Shown here: positions 32,806 through 42,170 of the stretch, one piece after another
Numbering within the stretch: position 1 is the first letter of the stretch
How the letters are laid out: each line of letters opens with the position of its first letter
Source: an uncultured Bacilli bacterium
Lineage (GTDB): Bacteria; Bacillota_I; Bacilli_A; RFN20; CAG-826
Assembly (NCBI GenBank): GCA_944327845.1
Contig: CALVHN010000002.1
Location: 5,326 to 69,325, forward strand
DNA: 64,000 nt
Reading direction: 5' to 3'
Translations under genes and position numbers: made by a program
The notes under the pieces: model-generated
What the model saw: only the letters and a program-made list of their open reading frames with translations
Database searches by the model: none
What the model was told of the DNA's origin: nothing

Positions 32806-32832
32806 AAACCCGTATTTATACGGGTTTTTATT
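32806..32832 (+). terminator. rho-independent terminator after fba
   Basis: Perfect hairpin AAACCCGTA-ttta-TACGGGTTT followed by TTATT. Confidence 0.85.
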
Positions 32833-32992
32833 ATGAGAAAAAATATTAATACATTGTAAAAAAACATCTACATGTAAAAATAAATGTTTATTTTGAGAGA
32901 TTTTTTCAAAAAAATAGGTTGTTTTTATTTTTTTATTTTTGAGGATTAAAAAATCTCTTGATTATTAAGCTAATTGCTATAAAAATATACAT

Positions 32993-33538
32993 ATGACTTT
33001 TGATGAGATTTATCTTTTAAATGTTATTGAGTTATTGAAAGATGTTATTCCTTTTTTTGTTTCAATAGGAACATTTTTTATTACCTATCAAATCATGAAA
33101 AGATTAACAAAATGTTACGAAGATAAATTATTTAATGGATCTATTTCATTATTTGTTACAAGTTGCTTATATTTATCGACAATATTTTTCTTTGATTTAA
33201 AAAGATTTGATTATTTTTTAGATATTTTTAAAGTTATATTACCTTATATAAACTTTTTCGGTTATCTAATAATTTCGGTGTTTAAGGAATTTTTTATTTT
33301 AAATTTAATCATTATTTTAACCTTAGTTAATTCGATTAGTTTATTATCTGATTATAATAACTTTGTTAGCTTTAAATATTTTATAGTATATATAAAACAA
33401 AATATTAAAGATAAATTTAACTTAGTTATTATCTATTTATCAAAATTAGAAAGAAAAATATTTTCTTATAACTTACTTATCAATAATTTTCAAAATAAAA
33501 ATAATATTATTAAATTAAATTCAATATATCTTTGCTAA
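32993..33538 (+). CDS. hypothetical small membrane protein at island border
   Basis: 181-aa very AT-rich ORF with 3-4 hydrophobic segments. No recognizable motifs. Confidence 0.4.
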   Translation: MTFDEIYLLNVIELLKDVIPFFVSIGTFFITYQIMKRLTKCYEDKLFNGSISLFVTSCLYLSTIFFFDLKRFDYFLDIFKVILPYINFFGYLIISVFKEFFILNLIIILTLVNSISLLSDYNNFVSFKYFIVYIKQNIKDKFNLVIIYLSKLERKIFSYNLLINNFQNKNNIIKLNSIYLC

Positions 33539-33681
33539 AAATTTTCTTTTAGCTTTTTTATATTGAGACAAATAGGTTTTAACTATTTTCTTATTATGAA
33601 TTAATCTTTAATCATTAATAATAAAATAGCTTATAAATATATTAGTATTTCATAAATTTTATTATATAGGGGGACTTAATT

Positions 33682-34464
33682 ATGAAAAAAACTATTAAAA
33701 ACAGTTCAAAAAGAAAATGGATTGTTGGTGGCGTTGCTTTCTTTGGAGCAGTAGCCTTACTTACAACAGGTTTTGCTACATGGGTTGTTGGTGCAAATCA
33801 AAATCAAGATAAAGAAGGAGTTAGCGTAACTGTTGACACTGCAAAAAATAACTCAATGCAATTTGATATAACATCAACTGGATTAACTATTACAGTTGGT
33901 GAAGGAGCTGCTGTAGCAGATGGTAAAATCTTAAACGTTCCACAAGAAGGAATAACTACACCAGATTTTGAAATTACAGTTGAATGGAGTTTATCTGCTG
34001 GTAAAGCTATTGCTGATACTATTACAGGAATAGAATTTAAACTTGAAGATACTAATAATACTGGTACTGATTTATTAGCAACTGCTTCTGATTCTGATAT
34101 AACTGGCACTGATTTAGCAGCAAGATCATCTTCAAGAACATATTTAGAATTAGTTACATCTGGTGATTCTGATACTTATAGTAATACTTATACGCATAAA
34201 ATAACTACATGGGATGAAGATTCAGAAGAATCTAGTGTAAAAACTATTGCCCATGGTGAAACTACATTGGAATTTTATTGGGGTGACTTCTTTGCTAATA
34301 AATTACCATCAGCTTTCTATAATGGTTTAACATATGGTGCTGATACAAATGCTGATATTGTCGCATGCTCTGATTATGTTTTAGATGAATTATCAGCAAT
34401 GGAAACTAATTTAGAAAAAGGTCTTACTATTACCGCTACAGTTGTAACCAATTCTGCAGATTAA
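33682..34464 (+). CDS. secreted protein with SipW-cognate signal peptide (TasA/camelysin-sized)
   Basis: N-terminus MKKTIKNSSKRKWIVGGVAFFGAVALLTTGFATWVVGA. Charged N-region, H-region, then GFATW, which is the SipW-cognate class signal. 260 aa, T/S/D-rich. AGGGGG RBS. Confidence 0.75.
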   Translation: MKKTIKNSSKRKWIVGGVAFFGAVALLTTGFATWVVGANQNQDKEGVSVTVDTAKNNSMQFDITSTGLTITVGEGAAVADGKILNVPQEGITTPDFEITVEWSLSAGKAIADTITGIEFKLEDTNNTGTDLLATASDSDITGTDLAARSSSRTYLELVTSGDSDTYSNTYTHKITTWDEDSEESSVKTIAHGETTLEFYWGDFFANKLPSAFYNGLTYGADTNADIVACSDYVLDELSAMETNLEKGLTITATVVTNSAD

Positions 34465-34491
34465 TTTTTACGACTAAAAGGATTTTTAAAA

Positions 34492-35307
34492 ATGAAAAAA
34501 TTAAGAAATAAAAAAACAATTATTCTTTCTCTTTGTGCTTTAGCTGCTATTTCATTAGGAACAGTTGGATTTGCTGCTTGGACAATTACTGCAGGAGATG
34601 CTACACCAAAAACTAGCAATATTGCTGTCACAACTGATGATTTAATCGATAAAAGATTAACTTTAAGTGACATTACAGTTGATGATGGAAATGTTAATTT
34701 TACTGCAAACACCGATACATTAGGTACTATTACTGGAACTGGTACTGAAGATTTAAGTTTTAAAATTTCTTTTACTATTTCTTCTGGGAACGCTGCATTA
34801 AATACTATAGTTGATAGCGTAAAGGTTGGTTTTTATGATTTAACCACCGGTAATACTAAATTAGATACAATTATTCCTACTTATATTCTTTCACCTATTG
34901 CAAAAACAGATAAAACTATTTTAACAGATCAACCTACTGGAGCTAGTGATGATGGTGTTGTTGAAGTTTTAACTGGTACAACTTTAGGTTCTAATGTTGG
35001 AGATACTGACGTTCTTTATAACACTCGTTATTCTGATGTTGATTCTGCTGATAAGGATAAGGTTGCATACACTTACTCAGTCAGTGATACAAATGAGCAA
35101 AAAACTACTGCTAAAGTAAGTATTACATTTAACTTTTTATGGAGTGATGTTTTTAATTATGAGAATCCAGTTTTAATTGATAAAGGTTCAAGTGATTACA
35201 CTGTCCCTAATGAAGTTGAAAATGGATTAAAAGCGATTGATAAAATTAATGATAATAGTAATGTAATTAAGATAGGACTTAAATTATTTGTTACTGCAAC
35301 AGAATAA
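34492..35307 (+). CDS. secreted protein with SipW-cognate signal peptide (paralog of upstream gene)
   Basis: N-terminus ...ALAAISLGTVGFAAWTITAG. 271 aa. Similar composition to the upstream gene. Confidence 0.75.
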   Translation: MKKLRNKKTIILSLCALAAISLGTVGFAAWTITAGDATPKTSNIAVTTDDLIDKRLTLSDITVDDGNVNFTANTDTLGTITGTGTEDLSFKISFTISSGNAALNTIVDSVKVGFYDLTTGNTKLDTIIPTYILSPIAKTDKTILTDQPTGASDDGVVEVLTGTTLGSNVGDTDVLYNTRYSDVDSADKDKVAYTYSVSDTNEQKTTAKVSITFNFLWSDVFNYENPVLIDKGSSDYTVPNEVENGLKAIDKINDNSNVIKIGLKLFVTATE

Positions 35308-35320
35308 TACTTTTTATTAA

Positions 35321-35352
35321 AACTAAGAGGACAAAATCCTCTTAGTTTTTTA
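35321..35352 (+). terminator. rho-independent terminator or attenuator between TasA-like pair and sipW
   Basis: Hairpin AACTAAGAGGA-caaaat-CCTCTTAGTT followed by TTTTT. Confidence 0.8.
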
Positions 35353-35363
35353 TAATATATTTT

Positions 35364-36488
35364 ATGTCTAGTATCGAGATTATTGCGTTAATTGTTACTA
35401 TCGTATGTCTTGTTAGCTTTTCAATTGTATTTACAGTTTTATTTAGACATTACTATAAGTCAAATATGGCAACAATTGAATCTGGAGAAGAAGATCTAGC
35501 TTTAATTGATTATGCAATTGAAGAAGAGAAAGCTAAAAAGAAAAAATCTAAGAAAGCCATACGAATTTCACTGAAAGTGTTATCTTACTTTATATTTGGT
35601 GTAATTTTAATTTTTTTTGGCATTTCTTTATATTCAAGATTTTCAAATAATGTAATGCCTTTTGGAGATACTTCCTTAATTGTAATTGCAACTGGTAGTA
35701 TGTCTGAAGTTAATGATAGTAATGATTATATATATGAACATAATCTTAATAATCAATTTAATGCTTATGATATCATTTCAATTTCAAAATATAAAAATCA
35801 AGAAGAAATCGATTTATATGATGTAATAGCATTCAAAAATGATGATGGAGATACCATTGTTCATAGAATAACTGAAATTATAACCCTAGATAGTGGAGAA
35901 GAAGTTTATATCACTCGTGGTGATGCTAACGCAGTTGATGATACTTACAATCAATATAGTAGTTATTTAACTTATGATGCAATAATTGGTAAATATAATG
36001 GTTTTAGAATTCCTGGAATCGGAATATTTGTTATATTTTTGCAGTCAAATGCTGGGATAATCACAATTATTGCTATTGCTTATTGTCTTTTCATGTTTGA
36101 TTTTTATAACACTAGATATGAAAACTTAATAACTGAAAGAACTAATAAATTAGTTGAATTATTAGATTATGATTTAGAAAAAAATAATATTGATGAATTA
36201 AATCTTATATATAAAGAAGAATTAATTTATCAAAATAATATCTACACATTTATTAAAGGAGAATTTGTTTCTAAAGAAGAAATTAAAGATGAAAATACAT
36301 TAAAGAAGATTAATGATTATCTTGTATTTATCAAAACTCAAGATGAAAAAGTTGATAAAAACAATATATTTATTAAAAAAGTATCAACAAACGAAACTAA
36401 AAAGATTGAGGATGTTGAAAAAAAAGAAATTAAAAATATTATCAATCAAGAAATTCCTGATGATAATTTAAATAATATAGATAACTAA
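35364..36488 (+). CDS. sipW: ER/archaeal-type signal peptidase I (SipW/Sec11 family) with long C-terminal extension
   Basis: N-terminal TM anchor, catalytic Ser box VIATGSMSEV, His box DTIVHRITEI, and TRGDANAVDD matching the Sec11/SipW KGDNNxxDD block. A second TM helix and a C-terminal tail of about 130 aa follow. Confidence 0.88.
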   Translation: MSSIEIIALIVTIVCLVSFSIVFTVLFRHYYKSNMATIESGEEDLALIDYAIEEEKAKKKKSKKAIRISLKVLSYFIFGVILIFFGISLYSRFSNNVMPFGDTSLIVIATGSMSEVNDSNDYIYEHNLNNQFNAYDIISISKYKNQEEIDLYDVIAFKNDDGDTIVHRITEIITLDSGEEVYITRGDANAVDDTYNQYSSYLTYDAIIGKYNGFRIPGIGIFVIFLQSNAGIITIIAIAYCLFMFDFYNTRYENLITERTNKLVELLDYDLEKNNIDELNLIYKEELIYQNNIYTFIKGEFVSKEEIKDENTLKKINDYLVFIKTQDEKVDKNNIFIKKVSTNETKKIEDVEKKEIKNIINQEIPDDNLNNIDN

Positions 36489-36506
36489 CATAGGAGGAAT
36501 GCAATT

Positions 36507-38342
36507 ATGAAAAAGTTAGCTATTAAAACGCACTTTACAAGAAAGAATTTAATCTTTCTCGGATTAATGTTCTTTTATTGCCTTTGTGCATTAATCGGAG
36601 CAGTAGGATGTGATGCTAGTGGAATGATGAAAGAAGGAAATCCAATTCAAGCAATCGGAACTGGATTTGGTTTTCCATTAATTAATGGAAGCGTTCAATC
36701 ATACATTTTAATCGTATTATTTTTAATTTATGTTTTATTCTTTACCGCTGCTTTTATTTATGAAATGAGGTTAGCTAAATATTATGAAAATAAAATATGG
36801 TCTAAAAAATGGGCAATAATATATGGTTCAACCTTTTTAATTTCTTTAGCTTTATGGTTAACAATTGGTTTAATTGCTCAATATCCATATAACGCTGAAA
36901 CAATTGGAAATTCATTCTTATTCTTAATCGAATCATTGTTTGTTGGATTTGTTATTTATGTTCTTCTCGCTTCAATTATTGCTGCAATTATTGTTTTATA
37001 TGTTAACTTTAAAAATATTGATAAACCATTTAAATTCTTCTCAAATAAAGCTGATCTTGCAATGGAAGAAGATTATTTAGAAGAAGAGCAAGAAAAGCTT
37101 GAAGCTCAAGATAATTTAGCTGCTTCATTTGGTGAAGAACAAGTAAATCAAAATGGTGAAGCTGTTTCTTCTAATGGTGCAAATATAAATAGTAACGGCA
37201 CAGGACAAGGTGTTGTAACTAATGTTAATGAAGAATTAAAAGATAAAGAAAAAGTATTTCCTGGCTTATGTTCAATTGATTTTATTATGGACAGTCAAGA
37301 AAATAATAAAACCTTTGATGATGATGTTACCTTAGAAGAACTTGTTACTAATTTTAGAAATTATTTAGCAAAAGTTGAAAAATTATACTTTGATAAAGAA
37401 ACTATTAGAGCATTTATTTCAGGTCTTGCTGCTTCTAGACTCATCATTTTAGAAGGTTTAAGTGGTACTGGTAAATCTTCCCTTGCTAGATATTTCTCTG
37501 AATTTATTGGAGAAAAATCTTTCTTTGAACCTGTTCAAGCTACATGGAGAGATCGTACTTCTTTACTTGGCTATTATAATGATTTTTCTAAAACCTATAA
37601 TGAAACAGAATTTTTAAAGAAATTATACCAAGCAACATTCCTCCCAAATAATATTAATATCATGGTTTTAGATGAATTAAATATTTCTCGTGTTGAATAT
37701 TATTTTGCTGATTTCCTTTCAATTTTAGAATATCCAATCGATCAATGGAAACTTAAAATCTTACAATTACCATATGATTTTGAAGCTCCAATGCATTTAG
37801 AAAATGGTATTTTAGATATTTCTCCAACTACTTGGTTTGTTGGAACAGCTAATAAAGATGATTCAACTTATACGATTACTGATAAGGTTTATGATAGAGC
37901 GATTACTATTTCATTTGATGATCGTAATGAACCTTTTGAAGTAGTTGAAGATGTTGAAAAAATTAATTTATCTTATACAAAACTTATTTCTTTATTTACT
38001 GAAGCTCAAGAAACTAAAGCATATCAATTCAATAAAGAAGATTATTTAAAATTTAAAAAACTTACTGATTTTACATATGATACTTTTGATGTTACTTTTG
38101 GTAACCGTATCTTACATCAAATTGAATTATTAGTTCCAGTTTATGTTGCAAGTGGTGGAAAAAAAGAAGAAGCATTAGATTTCATCTTTGCTCGTAAGAT
38201 TATCTTTAAACTTCAAGGAAGATTTGAAGATTATATTAAAAATGGTTTAAATGAATTATTAAAGATTATTAACGATACATATGGAAATGATTCATTTAAA
38301 AATACAAAACATGAAATTTCTCGTTTATTAAGAAAGTTATAG
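36507..38342 (+). CDS. polytopic membrane protein fused to McrB-like (AAA_5) NTPase domain
   Basis: 4-5 N-terminal TM helices, an acidic linker, then Walker A GLSGTGKSS. VLDELNISRVEYYFADFLSILE, WFVGTANKDDS and DKVYDRAITISFDD align with McrB blocks IIDEINRANLSKVFGELMMLME, YIIGLMNTADRS and DYALRRRFSFIE. Confidence 0.7.
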   Translation: MKKLAIKTHFTRKNLIFLGLMFFYCLCALIGAVGCDASGMMKEGNPIQAIGTGFGFPLINGSVQSYILIVLFLIYVLFFTAAFIYEMRLAKYYENKIWSKKWAIIYGSTFLISLALWLTIGLIAQYPYNAETIGNSFLFLIESLFVGFVIYVLLASIIAAIIVLYVNFKNIDKPFKFFSNKADLAMEEDYLEEEQEKLEAQDNLAASFGEEQVNQNGEAVSSNGANINSNGTGQGVVTNVNEELKDKEKVFPGLCSIDFIMDSQENNKTFDDDVTLEELVTNFRNYLAKVEKLYFDKETIRAFISGLAASRLIILEGLSGTGKSSLARYFSEFIGEKSFFEPVQATWRDRTSLLGYYNDFSKTYNETEFLKKLYQATFLPNNINIMVLDELNISRVEYYFADFLSILEYPIDQWKLKILQLPYDFEAPMHLENGILDISPTTWFVGTANKDDSTYTITDKVYDRAITISFDDRNEPFEVVEDVEKINLSYTKLISLFTEAQETKAYQFNKEDYLKFKKLTDFTYDTFDVTFGNRILHQIELLVPVYVASGGKKEEALDFIFARKIIFKLQGRFEDYIKNGLNELLKIINDTYGNDSFKNTKHEISRLLRKL

Positions 38343-38345
38343 AGT

Positions 38346-39746
38346 ATGAGTAAAGTTAACGATTATATCTTTAAATTTGATCAAGAAATAATAAAACTTG
38401 TAAAAAACATAGGTTTTAAAGACTTTTTAGAAATTTTAAGCAAGTTTTCTTTATCAACTTCTTATGATTTTGAAGATATAGCTTTAACTTTAAATGAAAT
38501 AAAAAATGTTTTAGATAAAATAACTTCAATAATTTATAAACCTCATATTAAAACAGATGTTACACCTATTATTAAAAGGAGTGAGCTTATATCTTCTTTT
38601 AATAAAGATTCTTTTATTGATACAGTTAAAGATACAAAACTTTGGAAAGAAAAGGGGTTAGAGTTTACTCCTGAATATGTTCATTCAATTGAAAATATTG
38701 ATACAATCGATAATTATGAAAATAAATTTATCGTTTTATTAATTGATTGTATTGATGAAAACTTTAATGAAATTAAAGATTCTTTATCGTTTATTAATGA
38801 TTCAATTGAAGAAAATTATCAAACTAAGAGTACTAATTTTACAAAATATGGAATATATCAAGAATTTGATACTTTTAAATATCCTTATGAAAGTTTCTTT
38901 AATTTATATGATGAAAGTATTACAACTTTAAGAGATAATATTTCAAAAATTAATCGTCGAATTAAAAATATAAAAGCTTCAGAATTTTATAAAAATCTTG
39001 CAAAATCTAAATTAAATTTAGGAAATATTATACCAACAAATGTTTTAATTCATGATGAATTATATAATTATTGTTATCGATATTTTAAAAACAATATTTT
39101 AACTAACGAAGAAAATAAATTATCTTTAAATGATTTTTTATATAACTATTTTGTAGTTAATTTAATTAAATATTTAAATATTAATAAAGTTAGGTCTAAT
39201 TATCGAACAAGTTTAACATTTAAAAATAATTTAATTAATTTTGGAGTAATTAATTTTAAAAAAGAATTTATTAATTTTTCTATCTCACATAATTTAAATT
39301 TAAATGGATTAGATATAGATGTAACTTTTAATGAAGATAAAGAAAATAATTCTAAATATTTAATTCTTTTTGAATATAACTTAATTGAAAATAATTATTC
39401 AAATTTAAAAAGAATAATCGAACAAAACCAAAATAAATATAGTGAAATTATTTTAATTACTTCAAATAATGTAATTAAAAAATTTGATAATGTAATGTAT
39501 TTTTCAATATATGATTCATTTAAAAATAAAATTAATTTATTTAATAACTTATTTAAATCTTTTAGTTTCATTTTTAAAGTATCAAGTAAATCTTATAAAC
39601 ATAAATGTCCAGTATGTGGAGAGCATAACATTTATCAAATTAATAAGAATTATCAATGCTTAGACTGTAAAAGTAGATATTCTCTATTTGATTTTAATAA
39701 TCAAAAGTTATTATGGATTAAGTCGTTAAGGAGGGATGATCAATGA
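38346..39746 (+). CDS. hypothetical protein with C-terminal zinc ribbon; possible McrC-like partner
   Basis: 466 aa, starting 4 nt after the McrB-like gene. C-terminal CPVCGEHNIYQ...CLDCKSRY is a CxxC...CxxC zinc ribbon. Any nuclease motif is not confidently seen. Confidence 0.45.
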   Translation: MSKVNDYIFKFDQEIIKLVKNIGFKDFLEILSKFSLSTSYDFEDIALTLNEIKNVLDKITSIIYKPHIKTDVTPIIKRSELISSFNKDSFIDTVKDTKLWKEKGLEFTPEYVHSIENIDTIDNYENKFIVLLIDCIDENFNEIKDSLSFINDSIEENYQTKSTNFTKYGIYQEFDTFKYPYESFFNLYDESITTLRDNISKINRRIKNIKASEFYKNLAKSKLNLGNIIPTNVLIHDELYNYCYRYFKNNILTNEENKLSLNDFLYNYFVVNLIKYLNINKVRSNYRTSLTFKNNLINFGVINFKKEFINFSISHNLNLNGLDIDVTFNEDKENNSKYLILFEYNLIENNYSNLKRIIEQNQNKYSEIILITSNNVIKKFDNVMYFSIYDSFKNKINLFNNLFKSFSFIFKVSSKSYKHKCPVCGEHNIYQINKNYQCLDCKSRYSLFDFNNQKLLWIKSLRRDDQ

Positions 39747-40555
39747 GTACAAATAAAGAATTAGATCAAACTTTAGCTATGGCTGAAGTTGAAAATAAAG
39801 ATGAAGTTAAAGAAAGTAATGATATTTTAATTATTGATCATCTTTATAAATCTTATGGAAATAAAAAGAATAAACATGATGTTTTAATTGATCTTAATTT
39901 AACTGTAAAAAAAGGTGAAGTTTTTGGATTTATTGGTAAAAATGGTATTGGAAAATCAACAACTATTGATTGTATTGTTGGTTTAAAAGAACAAGATGAA
40001 GGACATATTATTGTTGATGGAATGGATACTTTAATTAATCCATTAGAAGTTAAAGAAATTATTGGATATGTTCCTAGTGAACCAATAAGTTATGAAATGA
40101 TGAGTGGAAACGAGTATTTACAATTTATTGCTTCAATTTATGGAATGGTTCAAGCTTCATTTATTAATAATTACAATTACTTAGTTCATAAATTTAATAT
40201 GAGCAATGCTGATATGAATCGTAAGATTAAAGAATATTCTCACGGTATGAAACAAAAAATATGTTTAATGGCTTCCTTAATTCATAATCCTAAATTATGG
40301 ATTTTGGATGAACCTACTGTTGGTCTTGATATTATGGTTTATGATACTTTAGTTAAAATGATTAAAGATTTTGCTTCTAATGGTCGAACTGTATTTGTAA
40401 CATCTCATAATATTGATATGGTCACTAAGATTTGTGATCGTGTTGCTATAATTAATGAGGGAAAAGTTGTAAGACTTTATGATTTAAATTTAGATCCAAT
40501 AAAAAGAAGAGATCTTAATAAAATATTCTTTAAGATTTATGGAGAGAATAATTAA
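39743..40555 (+). CDS. ABC transporter ATP-binding protein
   Basis: Walker A GKNGIGKST, a signature-like YSHGMKQK, and Walker B ILDEPTVGLD. The start overlaps the upstream stop (ATGA). Confidence 0.85.
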   Translation: MSTNKELDQTLAMAEVENKDEVKESNDILIIDHLYKSYGNKKNKHDVLIDLNLTVKKGEVFGFIGKNGIGKSTTIDCIVGLKEQDEGHIIVDGMDTLINPLEVKEIIGYVPSEPISYEMMSGNEYLQFIASIYGMVQASFINNYNYLVHKFNMSNADMNRKIKEYSHGMKQKICLMASLIHNPKLWILDEPTVGLDIMVYDTLVKMIKDFASNGRTVFVTSHNIDMVTKICDRVAIINEGKVVRLYDLNLDPIKRRDLNKIFFKIYGENN

Positions 40556-42168
40556 TGTATTTAGATTTAATAAAAAAAGAATTTACATTAAATAAAACTG
40601 AAGATAATTCATCTTTAAAAACAAAGATTATCTCTTTCCTTTTAAAATTTATTGGAATAGCTTTATTTATTTCTTTAGAAGTATTTATTTATTATTCTTT
40701 AGATAATCAAGTAAGTGAATATAGTAATTCTTCAGAGGTTAATTTTAGCTTTTTAGTCTTAATTCTTTCAATAACCCTTCTAATCTCAATTATTTTTACT
40801 ACTTTACGAAGTCGAAAAATCTTATTTAATAAAGAAGATAAAAGGATATTAAGTACTCTTCCAATATCAGATGATATTATCATTTTATCTAAAGTAAGTT
40901 ATTTATTTATCTATCAAGTAATTTTAAATTTATTAATTACTTCTCCTATTTTAATTACTTATTTTGCTTTAAGGGGCGGAGTTCCTACAATTTATGTTTT
41001 TTCTATATTATTTTCGGTATTTATTTCTTTATTTGGATTAGGAATTTCTTTGATATTTTCTATTGTTTTTGAATTTTTCTATCGCTTAATAAAGCTATCT
41101 GATATTGTTCAATTTGCTTTAGCAGCTGTTATTGTTATTTTATTATGTTTTGCTTATCAAATAGTTTTAAATATCTTTTTAACAGGATTATCTACAAATG
41201 AAGGTAGTGGAATGCTTTCTTCAAGCTTAATTAATAACATAAATAACTTAGCTAGATTCTTATTACCAATTTATACTATTTTAAATCCTTTAATTAATCA
41301 TAATAATGTAATGAGCGGAGTATTTATTACAGTAGGGTTAATTATTTTATCCTTATTAGTTGGTTATATTGTAATTAATCTATCTTATAATTTTGTTCAT
41401 AAAACTAATATCGAATTTAATTTAAATAAGGAAAACAATAGGAATTTAAAGATGCATACTCCATTTAGAGCCTTAATTAATAAAGAATTTACTTTATTAT
41501 TTAAAGATTCAAATAATATTTTTTCCTATACTGCTTTATTAATTATGGTTCCATTTTTATCATTTGTTGTTATTACTTCTTTAAATCAAATTGTTTATCA
41601 AAATTTAAGAATCTTTGCTGTTTATTTTCCAGAATTAATTAATGGATTAAATATATTATTAATTTTATTATTTTCTTCAATTATTAACGCAAGTGCAGCA
41701 AGTTCAATAAGTCGTGAAAATAAAGCAATTCAAATTGTTAAATATTTACCAGTTGATCCTTATAAACAAGTTATTGCTAAGCTTTTACCTCCAATGGTTT
41801 TATCGTCTATTTCTTTAATAATTACTACTTTAGTATTATTAATTACCGAAAATATTGATTATAAAGTAATGCTAACCTCTATTTTTATCGGTGTTATTTT
41901 AATTATTGTTACTTCAATTTGTGGTTTATATTTTGATATGTATGATAAAGGGAATCATGAACATAATTTAAGTTATATTAATACGATTATTTCAATTGGT
42001 TTTCCAATATTAATATTTATCATTCATTTTGGTTTATCTTTCCTTAGGGTTAATGGAGCTGGAATATATTCTATTGAATGTATCTTAGCTTTAGCTTTAC
42101 TTATTCCTTTATTTATTAAATTTAAAGATCGTTGGATTAAAGTATTTCAACAAATGGAGGTTAATTAA
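40555..42168 (+). CDS. ABC-2-type polytopic permease
   Basis: 537 aa with at least 10 hydrophobic helices. Translationally coupled to the ATPase. Confidence 0.7.
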   Translation: MYLDLIKKEFTLNKTEDNSSLKTKIISFLLKFIGIALFISLEVFIYYSLDNQVSEYSNSSEVNFSFLVLILSITLLISIIFTTLRSRKILFNKEDKRILSTLPISDDIIILSKVSYLFIYQVILNLLITSPILITYFALRGGVPTIYVFSILFSVFISLFGLGISLIFSIVFEFFYRLIKLSDIVQFALAAVIVILLCFAYQIVLNIFLTGLSTNEGSGMLSSSLINNINNLARFLLPIYTILNPLINHNNVMSGVFITVGLIILSLLVGYIVINLSYNFVHKTNIEFNLNKENNRNLKMHTPFRALINKEFTLLFKDSNNIFSYTALLIMVPFLSFVVITSLNQIVYQNLRIFAVYFPELINGLNILLILLFSSIINASAASSISRENKAIQIVKYLPVDPYKQVIAKLLPPMVLSSISLIITTLVLLITENIDYKVMLTSIFIGVILIIVTSICGLYFDMYDKGNHEHNLSYINTIISIGFPILIFIIHFGLSFLRVNGAGIYSIECILALALLIPLFIKFKDRWIKVFQQMEVN

Positions 42169-42170
42169 AT

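Noticed and set aside
32886-32961. Inverted repeat GAGAGATTTTTT ... AAAAAATCTCTTGA upstream of the small membrane-protein gene, considered as an island left-end att or IR.
   Set aside because: It is only about 10-12 bp of A/T-dominated complementarity in an extremely AT-rich spacer. No matching copy lies at the right border, so it is not distinguishable from chance.
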